Positions 34,624 through 47,844 are shown, numbered from the whole stretch's first letter. The stretch: DNA of 62,871 nt, filler included, from Pirum gemmata (GCA_002812295.1; 18 parts of 18 records of this genome joined end to end with filler, not necessarily neighbours in it), one strand, 5' to 3'. Numbers and translations: made by a program. The notes: generated by a model not told the origin, from the sequence alone.

Positions 34624-37300
34624 ATGGTTCAATTTAATGAATTACCATTATTAATTCGAATTAAAATATTTGATAAAATATGGTATCAAACTACACCTTT
34701 GGATGGCCACCAACCTGGTGTATTAAATGCCATACTATATGCCTATCTCCGTTACGGAGATCGTAGAAACGTAACCCTATTGAAGATCGTGAAATGATTA
34801 AATCAAAACTTAGAATGTTATTATTAAGTTGTATGGAAGCATACATTTCCCCTGGTTTTATAAAACGATTACTGAATATGAATCCAGTTCAAAATCTAAA
34901 TTGTCCTGCTCATGATATACTTCAATCTGCGTTCAAATCCAATCAAGTTGATATGGTGGAGTTAGTCTTTGAAAGTGTTTCTAATCGACATTTTATTCGA
35001 AACCATAGATTGATGAGTAGACTACTTGATGAGGCAGTTCGATATCATCGTGTTGATATGGTTCGCTATATTACTTCAAATCTTCCTTCATTAGTAAATT
35101 ATGAAAATTACGATAAATTTTTCCACGATCCGCTTCGCTTAGCTGTCGTTCATGGACAACTTGAGATTTTTAAAATCATTTATGAATGTATGGACAAGGT
35201 TGAAGATATCGTTAAGTTGTTGGATGAAGCTGTGAATTTGGATATCTTTAGTATTTTGATAAACGATCCACAATTGAAAGAGGTAAAAACTGCCAATTTA
35301 ATTTATGCGATGAAACATAAGCGTCAGCCACATTTAGAACTCATGTTAGAGCATTTTGAATTTGATTTTACAGACATTTACTTCCATAAACCATTATTAA
35401 TGTGGGCAATTCAACATAAAAATAATTTTGTGTTAACAACCATCCTTAACAAAAGTGGCCCTGCCTTCCTCCATGAAGTTCTTACTGCTAAGCAGTATCA
35501 ACCTTTAAGTGACGTGATAGAAACCAAGAATATCGATCTCTTGAATACGTTTTTGGAACATCAATCAATAAAAGGTGAAATTGATGTAAATTTTGTTAAA
35601 AGAGGCGAAAATCCTTTATTGAGAGCAATTGACTTGAAAAATAAGGATATTTTCAAGACTCTTTTACGTCATCCTAAGATAGATGTTAATATTTCTGTTA
35701 ATGATACTACTCCTCTAGTTTACGCTGTAAACAACGAAAAGTTTAAACATGTTAAGTTGCTTTTAGCCCATAATAATATTGATGTCAACAAAAGTGTTGG
35801 TGAGCTTGAACTTTACCCTTCCGAATATGCAATTAAAACTGGTAATACGAAAATCCTAAAACTGTTGTTGAATAGAAAAGAATTTGATATTAAAAAAGGT
35901 AACTTATTAGCACACGCAGTTTATAGAAAGCATATAGAAGTGGTACAGCTGTTATTAACCCATCCTGATATTAGGGTGAACGAACCTGCTTCTTATAACC
36001 TAAATTTGACTCCATTATTGGGTGCAAGTACCGTAAATGATATAGAAATACTAAAACTGTTATTGGATCATCGTGATATTGACGTGAACAACATTGTTCC
36101 TCCATTACTAGATGCAATTTTCGATAACAAGGTAGAAATAATAAAACTGTTAATGGAATACTCCAAAGTTGATGTGAACAAACCTTTTAATAATATGACT
36201 CCATTAATACATGCAATTAACCAAAACAAAGTAGAAATCGTGAAATTGTTATTGGAACACTCAAAAATCGACCCGAACAAACTTTTTAATGATGGTAATC
36301 ATAAACTTTCTCCATTAGCAGTTGCAATTAAAAAAAACAATGTAGAAATCGTGAAATTGTTATTGGAGCACTCCAAAGTCAACGTGAACAAATTTTTTAC
36401 TGATGAAAAACTAACTGCATTAGCATATGCAATTCACCAAAACAACGTAGAAATCATGAAATTGTTATTGGAACACTCCAAAATCGACGCGAACAAACTT
36501 TTTACTGATGAAAAACTAACTGCATTAGCATATGCAATTAGCCAAAACAACGTAGAAATCGTGAAATTGTTATTGGAACACTCCAAAATCGACGCGAACA
36601 AAGTTTTTAGTGATGAAAAATTTACTCCATTAGCATATGCAATTGCACGTAATAAGATAGAAATCGTGAAATTGTTATTAGAACACACCGAAGTCGACGT
36701 GAACAAACTTTTTGAGGATGATAAACTTACTCCATTAGTAGTTGCAATTGTTTTCGACAATGTAGAAATCGTGAAATTGTTATTGGAACACTCCAAAGTC
36801 AAAGCCGACGTGAACAAACTTATTGGTGATTATAAATTTACTCCATTAGCATATGCAATTTTATGTAATAAGATAGAAATCGTGAAATTGTTATTGGAAC
36901 ACCCCAAAGTCGACGTGAACAAACTTTTTGGGCATGTTAAAGTAACTCCATTAGTATTAGCAATTGGAAGGAATAAGATAGAAATCGTGAAATTGTTATT
37001 GGAACACTCCAAAGTCAAAGTCGACGTGAACAAACTTTTTGGTGATGATAAACTTACTCTATTTGGATTTTCAATTAAAGAAAACGTAGAAATCGTGAAA
37101 TTGTTATTGGAACACTCCAAAGTCGACTTGGACGAACCTTTTACATGCAATTGGAATTAATAAGATAGAAATCGTGAAATTGTTATTGGATCATTCTAAT
37201 ATCCGACGTGAATAATTAATTAGCATGTGCAATTGGAATTAATAAGATAGAAATCGTGAAATTGTTATGAGACCATTCTAATATCCGACGTGAACAATCA
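34624..37300 (+). CDS. F-box-like + ankyrin-repeat protein (main ORF 34794-37160) with frameshifts at both ends; possibly a pseudogene
   Basis: The ATG at 34624 gives MVQFNELPLLIRIKIFDKI (F-box-like LP..I...IF), out of frame with ORF 34794. There are about 20 ANK repeats; the later ones are near-identical ~102-108-nt units (GTAGAAATCGTGAAATTGTTATTGGAACACTCCAAA). Broken repeats continue past the stop to ~37300. Confidence 0.8.
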
Positions 37301-37882
37301 ATTAAATAAATAAATGAATAAACAAACAAACAAACAAATAAATAAATAAATAANNNNNNNNNNNNNNNNNNNNNNNNNNNNNNNNNNNNNNNNNNNNTTA
37401 ATTAATTAANNNNNNNNNNNNNNNNNNNNNNNNNNNNNNNNNNNNNNNNNNNNAAATTATTAAATATTATTACACTACTTATGTTCGATCGAAAACTGAA
37501 AATTATTGTGAAACCCAAAGGCGTTTTTTTAAAAAAAAATTGTTTGCACCAAATGTGCGAACATTTTTAATATGTTTGAAAATTTGAGATAAATTTTCGA
37601 ACAAATTAGTTTAATATGTTTGAAAGTTTCGAAAATGTACAAAAAAAGGGTGAGATTTTTAATTAGTAAAAAAAGTAGGGCATTTCTAGGCGGTTTGTAC
37701 CATTCTTCTTTTGATTCTTATGATAGTTTTGTGGGTTGGGAAAACGAAAGGAAAACGAAACTCAGCGAAATTCTGCAGCGAAATTAGCGACATTAGCTAT
37801 TAAAAAATTACGTCAAAATGATGTAAAAATTCTTCCTTTTTTGGCAACTTACCCCTCTGCTCTGCGGGAAAGGCGAAACGAT

Positions 37883-38034
37883 AATGATTATGATTATGAT
37901 TATGATTATGATTATGATTATGATTATGATTATGATTTTGATTTTGATTATGATTATGATTATGATAATTATGATTATGATTTTGATTATGATTATGATT
38001 ATGATTATGATTATGATTATGATTATGATTATGA
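37883..38034. repeat. (GATTAT)n microsatellite
   Basis: Direct reading. Confidence 0.95.
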
Positions 38035-39115
38035 TACATTATTAATATATAGAGTCTACCAACAGTCTACCAACGACTTCAAAATTTGAAGTCCTTGGTT
38101 GCCCCCTCCCCTCCGGCACTACCGGTAGTCCAGTGCTTTTCAGTTGTTTTGTCATCAAAATTTAATATACAATAAAGAATACCAAATTAATACTATATAA
38201 ATCCATTTCATTTAATTTGGTATATTTTATTATCTATTTTTTTCATTTAAAAGTGTCCAATTAAATATTATAACCAACCAAATAAATATTCAGAGTAACA
38301 AAAATAAAAGAAAAGCACAAATTGACAGGATACTAGCTAGCTAGCTAGCTACTCTAGTAGACAACGATGGTATGATAGAATAGTCTTTAGTCTATGATAG
38401 CTAGCTAGTAGACTAGTAGACTATGATAGACCTCTATCATCCAGTTCAAAAATTGAAATAAACATACCAAATTATCATTATGGCTAAACTATTAGGCATT
38501 ATTTAATTAATTTGGTATTTTATACTTAATTTTTTGTTTCATAAACAAGTTCAATTATACACTTAAACAATACCAAATTAAACTGTAATGAAAGCGATAT
38601 GATAGTTTATTTTTCCTTTCTTGTAGACTAGACCACATAGTATCTGAAATTCTGAATATTTATTTTTTCAAGAATAAGCTTTTGGAGTATGCTTCATTGC
38701 GCGTAAAAAGCTCCAACTTTTTGGGGCATAGTGATAATAATATTATATTTCGAATATATAAATTTAGTATGTTTGAAATATTCGAGCCGCCAGAAAAAAT
38801 TTGGCCACTTTTCAAAAGTTGGTAAATGTTAAGCGTGTTGCACTATATTAGAATATCGACAAATAAAGTAAATGATGTCTATATATAGATAATAATCATA
38901 ATATAAAAATTTGAAAAAAAGCAATCATAGACTAATCATAGGCTGCAATCATAAGAGCAGCTGTTACTGTAATCATAAAATAATTTGAATAAGTTCAAAT
39001 AATACGTCACGTCAAGGGGTAGGTAGGTAGGTGGTATTTGACCGGAAATTAACGTCGAGGGGTAGGTAGATAGGGTTATTTGAAGCTGTATTTGATCGGA
39101 AATTGGCGTTACGTA

Positions 39116-40194
39116 GTTCTGCTTTGTTTAAAAAATCGAGTTTTCGAGCCATGCATTAATTAAAAAGTTCGAACATTTTAAAAGCTAACAGTTAAGTATT
39201 CAAGTATATTTATTAATTTACAAACCCGAAAAATGGAAAAAATAATTTTCGAACAGGGCTGAATTTTGTCTTTTTTTTTTTCGACAGCAGAAATTTGAGT
39301 TTTCGGGACCGAGCAGAATTAATTGCTAGCTAGCTAGGGGGCTAGTAGGGGTCTCTAGCTAGGGATCTCTACTAATATTCTATCGAGTGAATGGGTGAGA
39401 ACTGGTAACCTCGCCGCTGATTTGACAAAAGCAAAAAAACTCGAAAAAAAGTGCATTACGAATCTACAAGTTAGGGAGGGTTAGGGTTAGGGTTAGGGTT
39501 AGGGTCAGGGTTAGGGTAAGGGTTAGGGTTAGGGTTAGGGTTAGGGTTAGGGTTAGGGTTAGGGTTAGGGTTAGGGTTAGNNNNNNNNNNNNNNNNNNNN
39601 NNTTAGGGTTAGGGTTAGGGTTAGGGTTAGGGTTAGGGTTAGGGTTAGGGTTAGGGTTAGGGTTAGGGTTAGGGTTAAGGTTAAGATTAGGGTTAGGGTT
39701 AGGGTTAAGGTTAATATTAGGGTTAAGATTAGGGTTAGGGTTAGGGTTAAGGTTAAGATTAGGGTTAGGGTTAGGGTTAGGGTTAGGGTTAGAAATCGAG
39801 AATTTCTATATATATATATATTCTTGAACATAATACCGGTACAGGATATCTATTGGTCATTTTATATTTTTGTAGACATTTTTAGACATTCTTTATTCTA
39901 ACCCTTATCTTATTGGTCCATTGTAATGCTAAGCTAGTAGCTAGAGCTAGGTAGCTACTAGCTAGCTAGAGTATGATCAAAAACCCAAAACTAATTCTAC
40001 TCGATCCCGAAAACTCGAATTTCTGCTGTTGAAAAAAAAAAGCCGAATCGTTCGAAAGTTATTTTTTCCATTTTTTCGGGTTTATATAAATAAATAAATA
40101 TACTTGAATACTTATTAACTGTTAGCTTATATTTTCGAACTTATTTAATTAATGTATAGGCTCGAAAACTCGATTTTTTAAAGAAAGCAGAATT
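39116..40194. mobile_element. Pair of ~200-bp inverted repeats (39116-39320 and 39993-40194) enclosing a TTAGGG array; each arm has short TTCTGCT...AGCAGAA ends
   Basis: TTCTGCTTTGTTTAAAAAATCGAGTTTTCGAGCC...TTTTCGGGACCGAGCAGAATT is the diverged reverse complement of AATTCTACTCGATCCCGAAAA...GGCTCGAAAACTCGATTTTTTAAAGAAAGCAGAATT. Confidence 0.75.
39471..39792 (+). repeat. Interstitial (TTAGGG)n array (gap at 39581-39602)
   Basis: Direct reading. Confidence 0.95.
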
Positions 40195-41911
40195 GGGAGA
40201 AACCTAGCTATGATATCTAGCTAGACCACATGTTCCAAACTTTACCACTACTAGCTAGCTAGCTAGCTAGTGAACACCTTTACCACCGCAAAGTTCTACT
40301 AACTATTTTGGTAATGATTATTATTATTATTTCATTTATTTTCTCACTCTAAATATTTATTTGGAGGGTTATAGTATTTAAATTGACACTTTTAAATAAA
40401 TAAATAAATAATAAAATATACCAAATTAAATTAAATGGATTNNNNNNNNNNNNNNNNNNNNNNNNNNNNNNNNNNNNNNNNNNNNTTAATTAATTAANNN
40501 NNNNNNNNNNNNNNNNNNNNNNNNNNNNNNNNNNNNNNNNNAATACTCAACGTAATTCGGATAATACTATTTAGCCGACCACATAACTAAGAAAACTCTT
40601 TTATGACTCATATTTATAAGCAAATACCTATCTGATAGTTTTTAAAAATAATTTGGCTAGTTAGCATGAAAGGTTTTTAGAAAAGAAGTCTAAAAATAAT
40701 CGCTACAGTTTTATCTGGCTTGGTAAATACATCAGGTCTATATTTGAGTTTTCTAGTCTGACCAACTAAACTACTGGTAGACTAATATTATATTTTAATA
40801 TGCATGCAAGGGCTTGTTTTATAAATCTATTAATATTTAAGTTTACCATGTGTCATAACAGTACTAGTTAAAAGATGGTAATGGTTATCAATATGCATAC
40901 GCATATGGTTATTGTTATTATCATTGTAACAAGTTAATATATGTAAATAAGTATGATAAAAATTAAGAACCAAAAAACCAAAAGAATAACAATATTAAAA
41001 TAATTATTTTAAAAAAAGGAATAAATAAATCAATAGATAAATAAATAAATAATAATATAATATTATTTTTGGCTGTATTTTTTTTTATCTTTTCAGTTTA
41101 TTTTTTCACGGCCAAGATGGTAGTTATGAGAGGCCTGTTATGAGGATAGTTAGTTAGAAGTTCTAACTAAAGAAGTTAGAACTAGGCTAGTTATTTTTTT
41201 AAAAAAAATATCAGATACTTTTGGGATTCACCAGAATTTTCAGTTTTCAAACACAAGTCATGTAATAGGTATTTAATAGGTTTGAAATTTTCGAACATGA
41301 AAAAAAAAAGTTGGACTTTTAAAAGTTATAAATGATATGAATAATATTATGATAGCCATTTGATTTTTAGAAGGGAACAGAAAACTGAACAGAAACACAA
41401 ATCAAAACAGAGTCAAAACAACCTTATTAACTAACGGTCCTAACCATATTGTTACCCTAACCGTAACCCTAACCTAACCCTAACCCTCTATGATAGTAGC
41501 GCTATCATAGAACCCTAGCTAGTAGCTAGCTAGAACCTCTATGATCATAGTAGTATGATATCGATAGGACTAAACATTACAAACAAGACAAACAATAAAA
41601 GGATGTCACCTAATCTTACCTATGACTCTTTGTTCAAAACACTTTTGGTCATAATTTTTTAAAGTTCATTTTAATAAAACAGTTTAATAAGTCACACCTT
41701 CGAGCAATGACTTCTATCAAAAGTGACATCTTTATTATAATATGTTCCCCAAGCTGAAACACTATCATATGGATATAGTGGATACGGGGATAAACCTAGC
41801 TAGCTAGAACCTACTAGTAGTTAGCTAGTCTAGCTAGATGGGTAACGGTAACCACACAGTGTGTAACCACTCCTATTTACTAGGTAACCAAACTGTAACC
41901 AACCACTCTTG

Positions 41912-41958
<47 letters not shown>

Positions 41959-42178
41959 AAAAAAATACATTTTTATTTTTTTATGATATCATAGCTAATA
42001 AAATAGCACTACAAGAAATGCAGATCTTAGTGTCCTTAGTAGTCTTCTGAGTAGTATTAGTGGTCAGTTTAGTGGTTTAGAGGGGGGAATTTTATTTATC
42101 TAGATTTTTTAAATTTTATTCTTTTTTTTTTTAGCCAAATAAAAACAACTATATAAAACATTGATACTATGACAGTTA

Positions 42179-42460
42179 GGGAGCGTTCAATAATTACGTA
42201 ACGCTGGGGGGTAGGTAGGGGGGGTCGGATTTTTGTAGGTTTTCGTAATATGACATGGCGAAAATAACTGAATTTTTGCTATATATATATATATATAACA
42301 TGNAACATGAGGGGTAATTTAGGTACTATTTTTTCCAATCGTTACGTCATAAGGGTAGGTAGTCCTTCTCAAACGTGACAGCCCGTTACAAGGGGGGTAG
42401 TAGGGTAGGTTTTTGTAGTTTTTGTCCCAAATCGGGGATACATAATTATTGAACGCTCCC
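42179..42460. mobile_element. Complete PIF/Harbinger-like (Tourist-type) MITE family A with a TTA target-site duplication; partial copy at 59628-59721
   Basis: TTA|GGGAGCGTTCAATAATTACGTA...TACATAATTATTGAACGCTCCC|TTA, i.e. a ~22-bp TIR starting GGG and a 3-bp TTA TSD. Confidence 0.88.
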
Positions 42461-42597
42461 TTACTATGACATACCTTTTTTAAAAAAAAGCTTCGGTCCT
42501 TCGAGCACATGTTTATAATAATTATATCTATATGATATATCATATAATAATATGTATGATAATTGAACATATCGTGCTTTTCAGTTGTTTTGTCATC

Positions 42598-42667
42598 TGT
42601 TAAACCTGGGGATAACCACTACGCTAGCTTGATCAAGCTAGCGTAGTGGTTATCCCCAGGTTTAACA
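42598..42667. mobile_element. 70-bp perfect palindromic insertion with TGT...ACA ends and a 4-bp TSD (CATC), nested in a family-D MITE; Ginger-like micro-element
   Basis: CATC|TGTTAAACCTGGGGATAACCACTACGCTAGCTTGA-TCAAGCTAGCGTAGTGGTTATCCCCAGGTTTAACA|CATC. The empty site TGTCATCATAAAATATAC is present in the sister copy at ~32302. Confidence 0.85.
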
Positions 42668-43664
42668 CATCATAAAATATACAATAAAGAGTGCCAAATT
42701 AATTCAATATAAATCAATTTCATTTAATTTGGTATATTTTATTATCTATTTATTCATTTAACAATGTCAATTAAAAAATTATAACCAACCAAATAAATAT
42801 TCGGAGTGATAAAATAGACTAAATGAAAAATGGCCGAGTATATATGTGACATGACATACCTTGTTTTTTCAATTGGCTCGCTCGGCTCGGATTGCATTCA
42901 TACTCAAAATTACCCTAGCAAAATTAGGGCCACTTTCGGGATCGCTCGGGGTCGAAACCATATTTTCTACTGTGGGTCTGTGTGTCTGTGAAGTTTGAAC
43001 CTGTCTGTGAGACCTGTGAGATTGTGTTGTGTGTGTTGTGTTGTTTGCGTTGTTGTGTTGTGTGGGCCGTTTTTGGTTTTTGGCAAATAAAAATATCTGA
43101 AATATATAATAATGTCGCAAACAATCTAAAAACGTCCTACTTTTTTTTACTAATTATTGAAAGTATATATAAAATACTTATTACATTACTTATGTTTGAA
43201 AACTGAAAATTCTAGTGAAACTCTAAAGTCGGACGGACGTTTTTACATTGCATCATATATATAAAAAATTATTTATTTCCCCAGTTATAGCCCCAGTTAT
43301 TTATTTATAATTTATGGAAAATATGTGTCCAATCAGTATCTTCAATGTTATTGGTATAAATTATTCATATTGGCGGAGTCCAAAAGCGGTGCTGCTACTG
43401 CCTGCTAGCAGTCTAGCTAGTAGAGCTAGCTGGGTTTCATGATATGAAAATACTCTAAATATGATCATATTTATAATAAAATATGCATATAAAAGAAAAG
43501 AATTCATTTATTTTTATTTTTATTTTATTTATTATTATTTGTATTGTATTATTATTATTATTATNNNNNNNNNNNNNNNNNNNNNNNNNNNNNNNNNNNN
43601 NNNNNNNNTTAATTAATTAANNNNNNNNNNNNNNNNNNNNNNNNNNNNNNNNNNNNNNNNNNNN

Positions 43665-43845
43665 GGTTAGGGTTAGGGTTAGGGTTAGGGTTAGGGTTAG
43701 GGTTACGGATCAGGTTACGGCTTAGGTTAGGGCTCAATGTTAGGGATCAGGTTACGGCTTAGGTTACGACCAAGGGTCAGGGTACCTAGGTCAGGGCTAG
43801 GGTTACGGCTAGGGCTATGGCTAGGGTTACGGCTAGGGTTAGGGT
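43665..43845 (+). repeat. TTAGGG array decaying into variant repeats (TTACGG, CTAGGG, TCAGGG)
   Basis: Direct reading. Confidence 0.85.
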
Positions 43846-45379
43846 CAAAGTTTATTTTAAAACCTATGTTCAAAGTTTATTTCAAAAAATATGGCTAGGG
43901 TTATGTTAAAAAGTGTCTGGATTAGATGGTGGGAAAAAGTGATAACTGTGCCGTTTTTAGACTACCGCGTATGGTGTTATGTAGGATCGCCGGCATTATA
44001 ATAAATAATCCATGGCCCGTTTATTTAAAAACCTATGTTCAAAGTTTAGTTAAAAAACCTATGTTCAAGTTAATTTCAAAGAATATGGTTAGGGTGCCCC
44101 CCCCAAAAAAAAGTGTTACTTGATTGTTATATTAGTATATTAATTAAATATCATAAATGTTATATTGAAGTGGAATAACAATAATAATAACAACAACAAT
44201 AACAACAATAACAATAACAATAACACAACATAAATATCATAAATGTTATATTGAAGTGGAATAACAACAATAATAACAATAACAATAACAACAATATTAA
44301 TCACAACCTGCTCTTTTTTTTAACTCAATTTATCATAGCTTCCTTGAAAACATTCAAGGAGGCTATGAATTTATATAACAATATTAATTACTTTGTTTGA
44401 ACCTGATGTTTTTAAAAAAATATTTGTCTAGATCTTGTTCAATTCTCTTGTTCAATTGGTTTGAACCTGCTTTTTTTTTAATTCAATTTATATAACAATA
44501 TTAATTGGTTTTAATCTGCTGTTTTTTTAAAATTATTATTTCTCTTGTTCAATTGTCTTGTTCATTTTGCCTTGTTCAGTTTGATGTATTTTTAAAAAAA
44601 TTATTATTTAGCTACAATCTAGTCTTTTGATCTTCGTTTATTATTAATTGTTTTATTAATTAATTAATTAATTAATATCTATTATTTTTTATTTCTAAAC
44701 TTTTAGTCTTGTTAGAAAATTTAATGGCAGTTTAAACTTGGAAGGCTACTAGTTAATCGTTGAAAAATATATTATATTCTTTGGTATTTATAGATTATAT
44801 CATACATTCAAAAGAAAATAAACTATTGTTAAATCTAACCCCCTAAACAATCATTAATCAAATAAATTTTAATTAAATTAATTAACTGCGAAATTTATCT
44901 TTCCTAAAACTGTCATTGGTATTCTAGAAAAGTACTGTCATAATTAACGTGTAATTACTTTGCATTATGAGAGAGCCCAGGTTGGAAATTTAGTTTAGTT
45001 TATTATTCATCCATATATGCATGTGAATGCCATTGGCGAAAATCACAATTAGAAATGGATTCTCATTTTTCTCAACGATGGAGAATTATTCCAGTTTATG
45101 ATCAAGCTTGTTTTCATTGCCGAATTTGAAGCAAACTACCTAACCCTGATTTATAACCCCATTATACCTTAATTATCCCTAACGGATTCTCAATTTTTTC
45201 ATATTAACAATAATAATAAATAAAGTTATATAAAACTAAATGATGCCGAATAAGAGGAATATTCTAAATATACAATATATTCCTCAAGGTGGAAAATTTT
45301 GGTAAAACGAGAGCTCGAGTATATATTTGAGTTAGAAAAGGTCCTGGAAAACTGGTAAAAATCAATCCCTTGTCGACGT

Positions 45380-46400
45380 CTACAAAACAATTGACAAAAT
45401 AATACCAACTACCCCCCCCACAAGAACAAAGCAACCAAGAAGAAACACCAACCAAGGCAAATAGCAAGGTTTTCCTTTCTTTTTTTTTAGTTTGTAATAA
45501 CAAACTGCTGGGAAAATATAAATAATGAAACTCGCGCATATAGCTGAAGTTAAACCGATTACTTGGGCTAAATCATCAATAGCACAAGCGATCCCCAATG
45601 CAGACCAGACAATCAAGGTAGTTATAATAATATGAATTGTTTCCCTTTTCCAGGTTACCTTGTGTATTGAATCTGACTTTAGAAATGAGCTAAACTGATC
45701 ATAAATAACACGCCTTGTAATATTAAATCGCATTGGAAGACAAAAGCATAATTGTATTGTCAAAGCGAACTTTGTTATGATAACAAGTGTTGAGTTTTCT
45801 GATATACATATATATTATTATATTATTATAGTATTATAATTAGTTATAGTCTTAAAAGTAAGCTTTTTTTAAAAAAACCAGGAATACAGTAAAAAAAAAA
45901 CCAAACTACAAACAAAGCAAAAAAGAAAACCAAAACAAACAAACAACCAAACAAAAAACAAAAACAAAAACAAAACACCAAAACCACACAAAAAAAAACA
46001 AAAAACAAAACAAAAAAAAATAAACAAACGAAAAACAAAAACAAAAACCGAACAAAGACAAACAAACAAACAAACAAACAAACAAACAAAAAAACTTACG
46101 TAAACTTTGTAATATATTGGCATCAGCATAACTACAATACGAAAGGTAACCGATGATAGCAAGGAAAAGATAGTTGATTAATACTGTACTATCACTTGTA
46201 ATAATCAAAACGTTCACTCTTGTTTGTACTTGATTGTTTTCCATATTGGAAAACACATCCACATAACACCAGGCAGAGTTCAAAGCAAAGGCGATTATAG
46301 GAATTGCATTAATGCAGTTAACCGCCGATGTTGGCCATATATGAAGTGCTGGTTGAATAGTGTAATCAATATCAATATCAGTTGATTCGTAGTCATTAAA
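45380..46400 (-). CDS. Amino-acid/auxin permease (AAAP/SLC38-like) transporter, last two exons (~46400-46100 and 45798-45380)
   Basis: NAIPIIAFALNSAWCYVDVFSNME...FLAIIGYLSYCSYADANILQSL|QNSTLVIITKFALTIQLCFCLPMRF...DDLAQVIGLTSAICASFIIYIFPAVCY. GTAAGT donor at 46099 and CAG acceptor at 45799 are in phase. The upstream region 46387-46515 has a ~50-bp duplication and frame breaks. Confidence 0.8.
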
Positions 46401-46776
46401 TTATATAATATTTACATGTTAACAAAAGGAAGATAAAAGCAAGCGTTGGGACACCCTGTTGTTTCGTAGTCATTAAATTATATAATAATTACATGATAAC
46501 AAAAGGAAGATAAAGACAGTAAGAAAATAACTGAACAGAAAAGAACGTTTCGATAAGCTTTTAAGAATAATAATGCTAAGAATAATTAATAAAAATAAGA
46601 ATAAGTTTAATAAGTTTAATAATTTTAATTTTAATCTTAATTAAATTTAATTTTAATTAATTAATAATAATAATAANNNNNNNNNNNNNNNNNNNNNNNN
46701 NNNNNNNNNNNNNNNNNNNNTTAATTAATTAANNNNNNNNNNNNNNNNNNNNNNNNNNNNNNNNNNNNNNNNNNNN

Positions 46777-47073
46777 CTTGTTATTGTCAGGGTGGTGGTG
46801 GTGGTGGTGGTGGTGACTATGGTGGTCGCCATCATCATCATTATCATCTTGGTCATGATCGTGTGTCAAGTTAGGTTTTGAAGAAGACGGTGGTTGTTTT
46901 TTGGTTGGACGTCTTGAGTTTGGTTTGTATTTTGGTTTGAAATCAACAGTGGTTGGTTGCTGTTTTTGTACTGATGGTTGTTGTACTTGTTGATTTGACT
47001 GGACAGCAAAAAACTGTGCCTCACTAGTTAAAGCAAAAGCAAAAAAGACAGAAACGACTCTAGTAAACATCAT
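46777..47073 (-). CDS. N-terminus of a secreted low-complexity (Q/P/K, D/H-rich) protein, truncated by the scaffold end
   Basis: Signal peptide MFTRVVSVFFAFALTSEA followed by a non-microsatellite sequence with a His tract. Confidence 0.6.
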
Positions 47074-47844
47074 AATTATTATTAATATTAGTTTTTTGTT
47101 TTTTGATTTTTGATTTTTGTTAGTTTTATTTTTTTATTTTTTATTTTTTTAATTTTTTGTTTTATTTTTTCTGCATTTATAGCTTTATTTATTTTTTTAC
47201 ATATTATATTAATTATTTATAGAGATACAAGTCAAAACCCAGCTTATAAATAAATTCCAATAAATGTGCGTGTATGAAGCTGTGTATGAACAAATCAAAC
47301 TGTCTTTAGAATAGTTTATTAATTTTGTAAACCGATATCGATATATTTATAAATAACGGGCACCTCCATCATTTCTGTAGAAATTTTTCGTTTGTAAACT
47401 TTAACTGTAGTAAACTTTAACTGTAGTAAACTTTACTGAACTTTATCATTTATCGGGATATAGACCCCCACCCCCATCATAAATAAATAATATCATAGTA
47501 GAGCTGCTAGCTAGCAGTGCTAGCTAGTAGCTAGCGAGTATCACTGTATGTCGTGAATCGTGATAGCTACCTGGTAGCTACCTCGCAAGATCTGACCAAA
47601 AAAGTCCAAAAAAGGGAATTTTGCTTCGCTTGACTGGTTCTGCGGCGAATCTGCGCCGCATCGGTGCCTATAATATAAAATAATTACTACTTCTTCTAGA
47701 CCCCGGGTCTATCCTCTTCTATAAACCTCTCTAGAGCTACTACTACTAGCTAGTAGCTAGCTAGTAGAGATTTAAAAAAAAATTTTTTTTTATTATCATA
47801 TTATTTTTTTTTTTATGATATGATATCGTACTATTACTACCGGT

